Shown here: positions 1 through 8,736 of the stretch, piece after piece
How positions within the stretch are numbered: the stretch's first letter is position 1
Layout of the letters: each line of letters opens with the position of its first letter
Virus record (IMG/VR): IMGVR_UViG_3300006802_000086
Span: 14,993 to 78,992 of that record
DNA length: 64,000 bases
Direction: 5' to 3' (one strand)
Source: a virus
Position numbers and translations under genes: made by a program
Notes under the pieces: model-generated
Told to the model about the DNA's origin: nothing
Databases searched by the model: none
Seen by the model: only the letters and a program-made list of their open reading frames with translations

Positions 1-1
1 C

Positions 2-795
2 TATTTAAAAGAAGAAATTAATTCATCAGTTTGCATGATAACTAGTTATCATTATGAAATATTTCCTCTGAGAAAAAAATGTTACTTAGACTTAAATGAC
101 GTTTTATATGAAGGAAATATATTAGAAAAACCAATATATGACCACAGTGGTGTGACCGGTAGAACTAGTATTAAAAAAGGATTTAATTACCTCACACTAA
201 AAAAAGAAAACAGAAAAAAACTAAAATCTACAAACAAAGAAAATATTTTAGTCGAAGTTGACTTTAAGTCTTGTGAACCGTTCTTTTATTTAAAGTCACA
301 GGGGCATAAGATTAATCAGAATGATGTTTATTCATGGGTTTGTGATAATTATAATATTAAGATAAAAGATCGATCCAGGGTTAAGCGCGGGATATTAGCT
401 TTAATATATGGAGCTAATGAGTATACAATTTCTAAATTAATGGGAGTAAAAGAATCTGTCGCTCTTGATATTAAAAAAGACTTAGGCGTACAGACTTAAA
501 TGATCGATTAGAAAAAGAGTTTATCGAAAATGGATATGTTTTAAATTACTACGGAAGACCAATAACAAGTAATAACAATTTAGTTAACTACTGGATTCAA
601 TCTTCAGCAGTTGATTTTTGCTCATTAGCTTTTTTACAGTTTTATAATCATCAAAATATTGCACCTAGTTTTTTTATCCACGACAGTATGACTTTTGAAA
701 CATCGTTAAAAAGATTTAATGATATCAAAAATATTGTATCTATAAAAGAAAAACATTCAAACATAGAAATACCAGTGGAATTTAATCTATTATAG
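2..795 (+). pseudogene. Family A DNA polymerase-like gene (polymerase domain), 5'-truncated by the window edge and interrupted by a -1 frameshift near 475-499
   Basis: Frame of ORF 35..499 is open from base 2 and has PolA motif A-like VEVDFKSCEP and motif B-like RSRVKRGILALIYG. The -1 frame (493..795, TAG) continues with GYVLNYYGR, NYWIQSSAVD (cf. NxxIQGSAAD) and motif C-like FIHDS. It could be an intact gene with an assembly indel. Confidence 0.75.
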
Positions 796-809
796 TAATA
801 ATTACTATT

Positions 810-2063
810 ATGAGAAAAATAAAAGAAATCAAAACCGGAGCTTTTCGTCCTAGTATAGACAGTATAGGTTTAGGTACACATAATAGAACAATGGGAAGGT
901 CTAGTCCGTCCACCGGTGCAGACTCTTGGTTTAGTAGATATTCCCAGTCTCCGCCTAATATAGTTTTAGATGATGAAGAATACGAAGAAGATGAAGATAT
1001 GATATTGGAAAATAGAGTATATAAAAACGGTAAATACTGTCTAATAGAAACTTTAAATAACTTATTAGAACAGCCTGACTATGTTACTCCTTATAGGATT
1101 ATGGCCGATAAGATTAATCAAGCATCCCAAAAAAGAAAAGAAAATGTTAGAAATTTAGATAGTTTAGAAGACATGGTTGAAGATCCAATAGATGAAATGT
1201 CTGCCGGTGGCGTTGCAGGCGTTGCTGTTCCTTTAGGTCATACGAGTAAAGGAAAACCTGAGACTAAGTCACAAAGAAGAAAACGACAAAAGTACAATAG
1301 AGAAAAAAGCTATCCACTTGGTGAAAATTTCCACCAGGATATAATTAAAGAAGGCTGGCGCGAATTGCTTTCAACTATAACAGCAGGAAATATTGATCAT
1401 AGAAAAAGGTTAGAAATAGAATACGAGTCGACATTGGATGATATAGCATTATATATTGACTCTAGTAATAAGCATATTAACATATACACCTATATACCAG
1501 TAGGTTTTAACGGAAGCTCCGCTGTAATTGATGTATATAACCCACCTAAGTTGGTAGGTTTTATTAAATCAAGATTGCTTTCTTCTAAATCGAATCCTTG
1601 TATACCGAAAACTTTTCACGTAAAAGTGTCAGCTGTTGCTAAAGATTTTCAAGGAAAAGGTATGGGTAAATTAATTTACAATATCTTAGCAACTGTTGCA
1701 AAAAGCAAAGGTGCAGGAATAACCTCAGATCATAATGTCTCGACCTCTCCATCCGCTACTAGGGTCTGGAATAGTATGGATAGGAACCCAAACTATACTA
1801 AAAGAGTTACGAAAGCAGGAAATGATAAATTTGATTATAACGGATCAACACCTTTTGATACAGAAGATGATTGCAAGAGACCTGGGATGGGTGAACCTGC
1901 TATTGATCATAGCCTAGAAATAATTGCTGGTATTGATGATCAAATGGAAGTCATGGAGAGAAGACATAAGAAATACACATCCGATGCAATAAGAATGAAC
2001 GCATCAGCCATGAGAAGAAAATTAAAGCATTCCGGTTCTGATACCTTTGACGAAGTTTATTAA
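810..2063 (+). CDS. Putative virion-associated protein with C-terminal GNAT acetyltransferase domain
   Basis: Acetyl-CoA binding motif SAVAKDFQGKGMGKLIY followed by ITSD...SATRVWNSM; low-complexity N-terminal half with several I/L-x-E sites. Confidence 0.6.
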   Translation: MRKIKEIKTGAFRPSIDSIGLGTHNRTMGRSSPSTGADSWFSRYSQSPPNIVLDDEEYEEDEDMILENRVYKNGKYCLIETLNNLLEQPDYVTPYRIMADKINQASQKRKENVRNLDSLEDMVEDPIDEMSAGGVAGVAVPLGHTSKGKPETKSQRRKRQKYNREKSYPLGENFHQDIIKEGWRELLSTITAGNIDHRKRLEIEYESTLDDIALYIDSSNKHINIYTYIPVGFNGSSAVIDVYNPPKLVGFIKSRLLSSKSNPCIPKTFHVKVSAVAKDFQGKGMGKLIYNILATVAKSKGAGITSDHNVSTSPSATRVWNSMDRNPNYTKRVTKAGNDKFDYNGSTPFDTEDDCKRPGMGEPAIDHSLEIIAGIDDQMEVMERRHKKYTSDAIRMNASAMRRKLKHSGSDTFDEVY

Positions 2064-2171
2064 TAAAAAATTAATTTTTTTAATAAATTTTCTCTTAACA
2101 CAGTAATATATTAAAGTTCAATTAATCATTTAGATTTTGAATATTACAAGTTAGACATTAAAGGAGAAAAT

Positions 2172-2957
2172 ATGGCACTTGATTTTGACGCGATTAAACG
2201 CAAATTAGACAAACTTAGTGGTAATACTACCAGCAGAAATGTAATGTGGAAACCTGAAGAAGGGCAAGAATATAAGGTAAGACTTCTTTCTTTCCCTAAC
2301 AACGACGGTCAACCATTTAAAGAGCTTATGTTCTATTATAACATTCCAGGACAAAGAGGCCTTCTGGCACCAAGTCAATTTGGTAAGCGTGACCCAGTTC
2401 AAGAACTTATTACAAAGCTTCGTGATGAAGGAACAAAAGAAAGCTATGAAATGGCAAAGAAATTGTATCCTAAAATGCGTGTATATGCTCCTGTCTTAGT
2501 TCGAGGAGAAGAAGGTGAAGGTGTTCGAATTTGGTCATTTGGAAAACTAGTATATCAGTCTTTATTATCTCTTATGATGGATGAAGATTATGGTGATATT
2601 ACAGATCTTAAAACAGGAACTGATCTTAAAATTAAGTGCACCAAAGCACCTGGTCAGCAATGGGCAAAGACTGAAGTATTACCTGTTCGAAAGTCATCTG
2701 CACTCTCTAGTGACGCAAAACAAGCTAAACAATGGGTTGATGACATTCCTGATATCGATAGTATTTTTCAAATTAAGTCTTATGATGAGTTATCGAATAT
2801 CATCAATGGATGGCTTAACGGTGATGAAGTCGAAACTGAAGGTTCAGAATGGGGAACAAAAGGTAGTTCTACATCAGATACTGACTCTAATAATGGAGAA
2901 AATTCAGATAGCTCATATTCGAGTTTAGATGATGCCTTTTCTGACTTAATGAGTTAA
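2172..2957 (+). CDS. Single-stranded DNA-binding protein, T4 gp32-like
   Basis: WKP...VRLL, GVRIWSFGK, DYGDITD..TGTDL motifs; acidic C-terminal tail ending LDDAFSDLMS; SD AAGGAG. Confidence 0.85.
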   Translation: MALDFDAIKRKLDKLSGNTTSRNVMWKPEEGQEYKVRLLSFPNNDGQPFKELMFYYNIPGQRGLLAPSQFGKRDPVQELITKLRDEGTKESYEMAKKLYPKMRVYAPVLVRGEEGEGVRIWSFGKLVYQSLLSLMMDEDYGDITDLKTGTDLKIKCTKAPGQQWAKTEVLPVRKSSALSSDAKQAKQWVDDIPDIDSIFQIKSYDELSNIINGWLNGDEVETEGSEWGTKGSSTSDTDSNNGENSDSSYSSLDDAFSDLMS

Positions 2958-2993
2958 GTTATATCTAACAAAAATATTAAGTTTTATATTTTT

Positions 2994-3020
2994 AAGCCCG
3001 AATTTATTCGGGCTTTTTTT
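2994..3020 (+). terminator. Rho-independent terminator after ssb
   Basis: AAGCCCGAA-TTTA-TTCGGGCTT hairpin followed by a T run. Confidence 0.9.
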
Positions 3021-3077
3021 GTTTTATTGATATAATTACTACTAAAGACAAAATATTTGTAAAAAAGAGGTGTAATA

Positions 3078-5144
3078 ATGGCAATGACAAACTATGCTTA
3101 TGTTTTAGTTGAATCAAATAGGCAAAAATCAATACAGAGCAGAAGGTGGTTAAAACATAATCCAGGGTTAATACAAGAAAGCTATGATGCTATAACATTT
3201 GAATCGATTAATTTTGAAAATTTTTATAAAAGAAATAAGATCATTATTGATGAAGCACACAATCAAATATTAGAACACTACGGTTTTTCAAACAGTGATA
3301 TTGAATATCTTAGAGAAAACTGGCTAAAAGACTTAGCTATTGATATTGGTATTGGTGCAGGTTCTATGATACCTGGTATCGGATCTGCAATTGCTACTGG
3401 TGGTGTTTTTTATTATCTTAATAGAGCATTAAACGCAAATCAAAGAGGAGAAATGTTTACAGCCTTTATGGAAGTATTTAGTGCAATCATGACCAGCGCA
3501 TCAGTAGTTCCGGCTATAGGAACAGCTTTGACTGCTATTGGAAAAGGACTAATGGCACCTGTCAAAGGATTTCTAGGTCTATTTAAAGGTGGTGGAAAAA
3601 TTGCAACTGCTTTTGCTAAGATATTTTCTTGGTTTGGAAAAGGAGCACCTGCAGCAGAAAAAGCAGTCGCTGAAGAAGCAGCAGTAGTTGTATCATCAGC
3701 TGCTAAAGAAGCATCAGCAATTGGGAAAGGCCTAGAAAAACTAGAAGGCCCGCTTGAAACCCTAGCAAAATCGCTTAAAGATACAAACTCAGTTTGGTAT
3801 AAAATAGCAGATAAAATTCCAGGTGGAAAGAAAACACTTGAGTTATTAGCTAAAGGTGTAGAAAGTATTAGAAGTATTGGAAGCTTAATAACAAAACTAG
3901 GAAAAGCAGAAGGAGATGAAGCACTTGCAGCTGTTGCCGGGAGTATTGATGAAGTTGCTGAAGTAGGTGGAGCTATAGGTAATGAAGCACTTAAGGCGGA
4001 AGCAACAGCCTTAAAGGCAGAAAAAGCAGCTTTGCAGCGGGAATTATCAGCAACTGCAAAAGAGGCACGTGCAGCATCTAAGGCAGCAAAAACTAGTAGA
4101 GAAGCTGCTGCAGCAACCGATGCACTTGATGCAGCAGCCGATGCAGCTAGACTAGAATTAAGATCTGGGTTTAAAGAAGTTGAAAGAGCTATGAAAGCAG
4201 GAGAATATGTAGATCCTAAACTTGTCAATCAAATTTCCGATGCAACTTTGGCCAAAGCTGACGACATTGCAAGAGAAGCCGCTGAAGTACTGCCAGATGC
4301 ATTTAAAAATATGAGTCCCGATGAAATAGCAAACGCATTTTTTAAGGATGGTTCCCAGATAAGCTCATTTAAATCTCAGCTTAAAAAAGCAGGAATGCTT
4401 TCTGATGACTTAGCAAGACTAACAGGGGATGAATTTGCAATAGAATTTGCAAAACAATTCAAAAACGGCCCAGTGGAAATTGCAGACATTGTAAAGACAG
4501 CATCTGGAGTAGTGTCTGTACACGTAAGAGGCGCTAATGGTGCAATATTAAAAGCAACCCCTATGAATATATTTAACATGTTTGGCCCAGAAGAAGGATT
4601 CAAAGCATGTATGAAAATATTTGAAGGAGGAATTGAGTCAGCAACAGCTGAAGCTCTAAGAGTTGCAACTAAAGAAATGACAGAAGCAGCAACAGAAGCA
4701 GCCGCAAAAAGAGGCGTTGCAACAAATATTGCTAAGAAAATAAAATTGATAAATTCACAACTTGACGATATCATTCCTAGGATAGTTACAGAAACAATGG
4801 AAGAAGTTGCTGAATCCGGTGCAAGAGAAGTAGGGGAAGAAGTTGCAGAAGAAGCTATAAAAAATACTCCGGGATTGCTTAAGGCAATGCTGAAAGGCGT
4901 TCAAAAAAGAGCATACGATCGTTTGGCTGTTTATTTAATTAAAGCTTTAGAAATGGATGATGTTGAAAAGAGACAGGCGACTTACGGAACAAGAGATGAT
5001 GGAAGAATGACTAGTGACGAAAGAAGTGATGCTCAAGGATTAAATGAATATTTTGAAATGAGACAATTGAATAATTTAATTAGAGAGTCAAGAAGAAGAT
5101 CTAGAATAATTAAGGGTCAAAAATTATCTAGATTGATCCATTAA
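3078..5144 (+). CDS. Ala/Glu/Lys-rich helical protein with N-terminal hydrophobic hairpin; putative virion internal/ejection protein
   Basis: 688 aa ORF; hydrophobic Gly-rich segments (GAGSMIPGIG, VVPAIG), long Ala-rich coiled region, multiple L/I-x-E sites; SD GAGGTG. Confidence 0.5.
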   Translation: MAMTNYAYVLVESNRQKSIQSRRWLKHNPGLIQESYDAITFESINFENFYKRNKIIIDEAHNQILEHYGFSNSDIEYLRENWLKDLAIDIGIGAGSMIPGIGSAIATGGVFYYLNRALNANQRGEMFTAFMEVFSAIMTSASVVPAIGTALTAIGKGLMAPVKGFLGLFKGGGKIATAFAKIFSWFGKGAPAAEKAVAEEAAVVVSSAAKEASAIGKGLEKLEGPLETLAKSLKDTNSVWYKIADKIPGGKKTLELLAKGVESIRSIGSLITKLGKAEGDEALAAVAGSIDEVAEVGGAIGNEALKAEATALKAEKAALQRELSATAKEARAASKAAKTSREAAAATDALDAAADAARLELRSGFKEVERAMKAGEYVDPKLVNQISDATLAKADDIAREAAEVLPDAFKNMSPDEIANAFFKDGSQISSFKSQLKKAGMLSDDLARLTGDEFAIEFAKQFKNGPVEIADIVKTASGVVSVHVRGANGAILKATPMNIFNMFGPEEGFKACMKIFEGGIESATAEALRVATKEMTEAATEAAAKRGVATNIAKKIKLINSQLDDIIPRIVTETMEEVAESGAREVGEEVAEEAIKNTPGLLKAMLKGVQKRAYDRLAVYLIKALEMDDVEKRQATYGTRDDGRMTSDERSDAQGLNEYFEMRQLNNLIRESRRRSRIIKGQKLSRLIH

Positions 5145-5147
5145 TTA

Positions 5148-5176
5148 TTGAAAATATCGAACGTTTGATATATACT
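5148..5176 (+). promoter_or_regulatory. Sigma70-like (early/middle) promoter for the recA operon
   Basis: TTGAAA-N17-TATACT. Confidence 0.65.
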
Positions 5177-5200
5177 CTTAATAACAAGAAAGGAGTGTAT

Positions 5201-6364
5201 ATGACAAATAAAGATGATTTTACTTCACAATTAATTAAGTCTCTAAATAAGGACTATAAAACAAAAGTAGCTTATAATTTGGCTGAAGATGAAAGCCCAA
5301 CGCAAGTAAAAAGATGGGTTAGCACAGGTTCTAAACTCTTAGATTATATTTGTGCAAATCAAGAAAACGGAGGGTTTCCTGAGGGTAGAATTGTTGAAAT
5401 GTTTGGTCCACCGTCTATTGGTAAGTCACATATCGCAACACAGATTGCAAGAAGTACCCAAAAAATGGGTGGTATTGTTGTATATATTGATACAGAAAAC
5501 GCAACGAGTATTGAGAATCTAGGAAATTTAGGTGTAGACGTGTCCCAAAGATTTGTATATGTAGATACACATTGCACTGAAGAAGTTCTAGATCTTGCAG
5601 AAAAAACTATTCTTAAAGCAAAAGCATTAGATAAAGATGTACCCGTTACGATCATTTGGGATAGTGTGGCAGCATCATCACCAAAAGCCGAGCTCTTAGG
5701 AGACTATGATAAAGAAAGTATTGGATTGCAAGCACGAGCAATTTCAAAAGGAATGAGAAAAATTACTGGCGTAATTGGACAAACAAATAGTTTACTAGTT
5801 TGTTTAAATCAAATTAGAACAAAAGTAGGAGTTATGTATGGAGATCCTGATACTACACCCGGAGGTAAGGCAATACCTTTTCACTCATCTATACGAATCA
5901 AATTGGGAGCAGGACAACAAATCAAAGAAGGCGACGATGTTATCGGTATTAATGTCTGGGCTAAGACAGTTAAAAATAAAGTTGCACCGCCATTTAGGAA
6001 AGTAGCATTTCAAATTCACTTTGGAAAAGGCATTGTTGAGCACGAGGAAACATTTGACTTGTTAAGAAAACACGGCATGGTAAACTGTGGTGATCGATCC
6101 TATCAGATATCTGGGACAGGTGGTTGGAAAAATATTGAAATGTTTGACGAAACTGGTACTTTGATTGAGTCCAAAAAGTTTAGAAAAACAGAATTTAATG
6201 AAATTATGACAGATAATTTTTGGGGCCCTGTTGTTGATATTATTTTAAAAGATGCGATGGTTAAAAAAATGGGAACTAGTGAAGGTGTAGAAATAGACTC
6301 TGACTCTTATGAAGAAATTAGATCACTTAATGATATGTTAGACTTTGAAGAGAGTGATATTTGA
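5201..6364 (+). CDS. recA: RecA/UvsX recombinase
   Basis: GRIVEMFGPPSIGKS Walker A, YIDTE, WDSVAA, LNQIR, TPGGKAIPFHSSIRI, KNKVAPPF; ATG 5201 with SD AAGGAG. Confidence 0.95.
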   Translation: MTNKDDFTSQLIKSLNKDYKTKVAYNLAEDESPTQVKRWVSTGSKLLDYICANQENGGFPEGRIVEMFGPPSIGKSHIATQIARSTQKMGGIVVYIDTENATSIENLGNLGVDVSQRFVYVDTHCTEEVLDLAEKTILKAKALDKDVPVTIIWDSVAASSPKAELLGDYDKESIGLQARAISKGMRKITGVIGQTNSLLVCLNQIRTKVGVMYGDPDTTPGGKAIPFHSSIRIKLGAGQQIKEGDDVIGINVWAKTVKNKVAPPFRKVAFQIHFGKGIVEHEETFDLLRKHGMVNCGDRSYQISGTGGWKNIEMFDETGTLIESKKFRKTEFNEIMTDNFWGPVVDIILKDAMVKKMGTSEGVEIDSDSYEEIRSLNDMLDFEESDI

Positions 6365-7341
6365 TGGTTAAAGATAGAGTACTTATTTTTGATGCACTTA
6401 ATGTTTTTATGAGACATTATATGGCGCATCCAGCAATGTCAGATAATGGTGAACAAATAGGTGGAATTGTGGGGTTTTATTATAATTTAGTTAATTTAAT
6501 TGAAAAATGTAAACCAGAGTCTGTCATTGTTGTATGGGAGGGCGGAGGATCAAAAAGAAAGCGAGACATATATCCAGACTACAAAAAAGGTAGTAGACCT
6601 GCAAAAATGAATAGGTACTACGATAATGATGAAATACCTGACAGCATTGCAAATAGAAATTTTCAAATCAAAAATCTAGTAGGAATATTATCTAATCTAC
6701 CAATTTGTCAAGTCTATATTGAAGATGCAGAAGCCGATGATGCGATAGGTTATATTTGCAAGTACAAACTATCAAACAAAAATAAAGTAATAGTCTCCGG
6801 AGACCATGATTTCTATCAACTAGTCGACGATAATTGTATTATCTATTCTCCTAACTCTAAGTCTTTTGTCGATAAAAAGACCGTAATTAAAAAATACGGA
6901 ATACATCCGAACAACTTTTGCCTTGCCAAATCAATGGTAGGCGATAAATCAGATAATATACCAGGGGTACCCGGTCTAGGATTTAAAACGCTAGCTAAAG
7001 AGTACGGATCGATACTTTTAAAGGAAGATTTTGATAATAACACTTTACAACTATTCATTGATAACGACGTTAAACACAGTGATAATCCAAAGAAAAAGCT
7101 ATATAAAACCATTAAAGACAGTGAAAAGTTAATAGAACGTAATGTGAAGTTGGTCAGATTGGATGTAGATAACCTAGTACATATGCAAACTAAAAGAATT
7201 GATGAAAGTATTGAAAATTTTAAGCCGACATGGAATAATATAAACGCAATTAAATACCTTAAAGAGAATAATATAAAAAATATAGACATACTACAACATG
7301 GCTATTTATTTAAAACTTTAACCCAAGGAAAAATAATATAA
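6364..7341 (+). CDS. 5'-3' exonuclease / flap endonuclease (T4 RNase H / PolI N-terminal type)
   Basis: LIFDALN, YPDYKKG, EADDAIG, SGDHDFYQL, GDKSDNIPGVPGLG. Confidence 0.92.
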   Translation: MVKDRVLIFDALNVFMRHYMAHPAMSDNGEQIGGIVGFYYNLVNLIEKCKPESVIVVWEGGGSKRKRDIYPDYKKGSRPAKMNRYYDNDEIPDSIANRNFQIKNLVGILSNLPICQVYIEDAEADDAIGYICKYKLSNKNKVIVSGDHDFYQLVDDNCIIYSPNSKSFVDKKTVIKKYGIHPNNFCLAKSMVGDKSDNIPGVPGLGFKTLAKEYGSILLKEDFDNNTLQLFIDNDVKHSDNPKKKLYKTIKDSEKLIERNVKLVRLDVDNLVHMQTKRIDESIENFKPTWNNINAIKYLKENNIKNIDILQHGYLFKTLTQGKII

Positions 7342-8723
7342 TGAATGCAATGGCAAACAATAACTACTTTTCTAAATACGGCAAAGATTTTCAAGAAAAG
7401 ATTTTTCAAGCGCTACTAGATGATCATATGTGGGCTGCACAGATGATGGAGGTAATGAAGTTTGATTATTTCGAATTAAAATATCTTCAATTTTTATGTG
7501 ATAGATTTTTTGGTTTCCACGAAAAGTATAGAAACTTTCCAACTATGCAACTGTTAGTATCTATGATCAAAGATGATTTATCATCAGGCGATGATATCAT
7601 CTTAAGAGAACAAGTAATTGAGTATCTTACACGTATTAAGTCTAATCCAAACTTTGGTGATCTTAAGTTTGTCAAAGATAAAACACTAGACTTTTGTAAA
7701 AAACAAGCACTACAACAAGCACTTGAAGAAAGCGTAAAAGCAATTAAATCAGAAAATTATGAGTCAGTACTCAGCATTATGAAAGATGCTGTCTTTAAAG
7801 GTAATTCTTCAACAATTGGACACGACTTTTTTGAAGATCATGAATCAAGATTTACACTTGTAGATCGTGCAACATGCCCAACAGGTATCACCCATCTAGA
7901 TAAAAAAGATGTGCTTAATGGCGGTTTAGGTAGAGGAGAAATTGGAGTTGTAGTTGCTAATACTGGGGTTGGAAAATCTCACTACTTAGTATCTATGGGT
8001 GCTGAAGCACTTCGAAGAGGTAAGAATGTTGTGCATTATACGTTTGAGTTAACAGAGACAGCAGTAGGAATTAGATATGATTCAAACTTATGCAATATAC
8101 CGTCTTCAAACGTCTATGAAAATAAAGAAAAAATACTCAAAACTTATTCAGAAAGCGACTTTGGTCGCTTAATAATTAAGCAATACCCAACAGGGGCTGC
8201 GAGCATTGTTACAATTAGAAATCACTTGGAAAAATTATCAATGAAAGATTTTAAACCGAGTTTAATTGTAATAGACTATGCAGATATTATGCGATCTACT
8301 CGTACTTATGACTCACTTAGACACGAACTAAAATTAGTCTATGAGGAACTTAGAAACTTGGCAATGGAAATGAACATACCTATCTGGACAGCATCTCAAG
8401 CAAACAGAGATTCAGCTAAGTCTGAAGTTGTTGGACTGGAAAATATGTCTGAAGCTTACGGAAAAGCTATGGTTGCTGACGTCGTTGTCTCCCTTTCTAG
8501 GAAGCCTATGGAAAAATCAACAGGTGCAGGTCGACTCTTTGTGGCAAAAAATAGAGCAGGGCGCGACGGTCTTATGTTTCCTATTCGCATCGATACAGCT
8601 AGATCTAAAATAGAAGTTTTAGAAGATGTGGGCGAAATGTCTATTACAGATGCTATCGAGGCTAGTAATGCTGGGACCAAAAATATGCTAAAATCAAAGT
8701 GGAAAGAAATTACAGGAAAATAA
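7341..8723 (+). CDS. dnaB: Replicative DNA helicase, DnaB/gp41 family
   Basis: ANTGVGKS Walker A, TFEL, VIDYAD, WTASQANR, AKNRAGRDG. Confidence 0.92.
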   Translation: MNAMANNNYFSKYGKDFQEKIFQALLDDHMWAAQMMEVMKFDYFELKYLQFLCDRFFGFHEKYRNFPTMQLLVSMIKDDLSSGDDIILREQVIEYLTRIKSNPNFGDLKFVKDKTLDFCKKQALQQALEESVKAIKSENYESVLSIMKDAVFKGNSSTIGHDFFEDHESRFTLVDRATCPTGITHLDKKDVLNGGLGRGEIGVVVANTGVGKSHYLVSMGAEALRRGKNVVHYTFELTETAVGIRYDSNLCNIPSSNVYENKEKILKTYSESDFGRLIIKQYPTGAASIVTIRNHLEKLSMKDFKPSLIVIDYADIMRSTRTYDSLRHELKLVYEELRNLAMEMNIPIWTASQANRDSAKSEVVGLENMSEAYGKAMVADVVVSLSRKPMEKSTGAGRLFVAKNRAGRDGLMFPIRIDTARSKIEVLEDVGEMSITDAIEASNAGTKNMLKSKWKEITGK

Positions 8724-8736
8724 ACAAGGAGTAAGA

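Noticed and set aside
473-479. A AAA AAG slippery heptamer as the cause of the polA frameshift
   Set aside because: The heptamer is not in the reading frame of the upstream ORF (codons are AAA AAA GAC).
3440-4774. Long antisense ORFs (262 aa, 132 aa) inside the Ala-rich gene, and similar shadow ORFs such as 20291-20965 and 31417-31926
   Set aside because: They mirror biased codon usage of the real gene on the opposite strand, with no SD or recognisable motifs.
3078-5144. Tape measure protein call
   Set aside because: Located between ssb and recA, not in a tail operon, and lacks recognisable TMP features.
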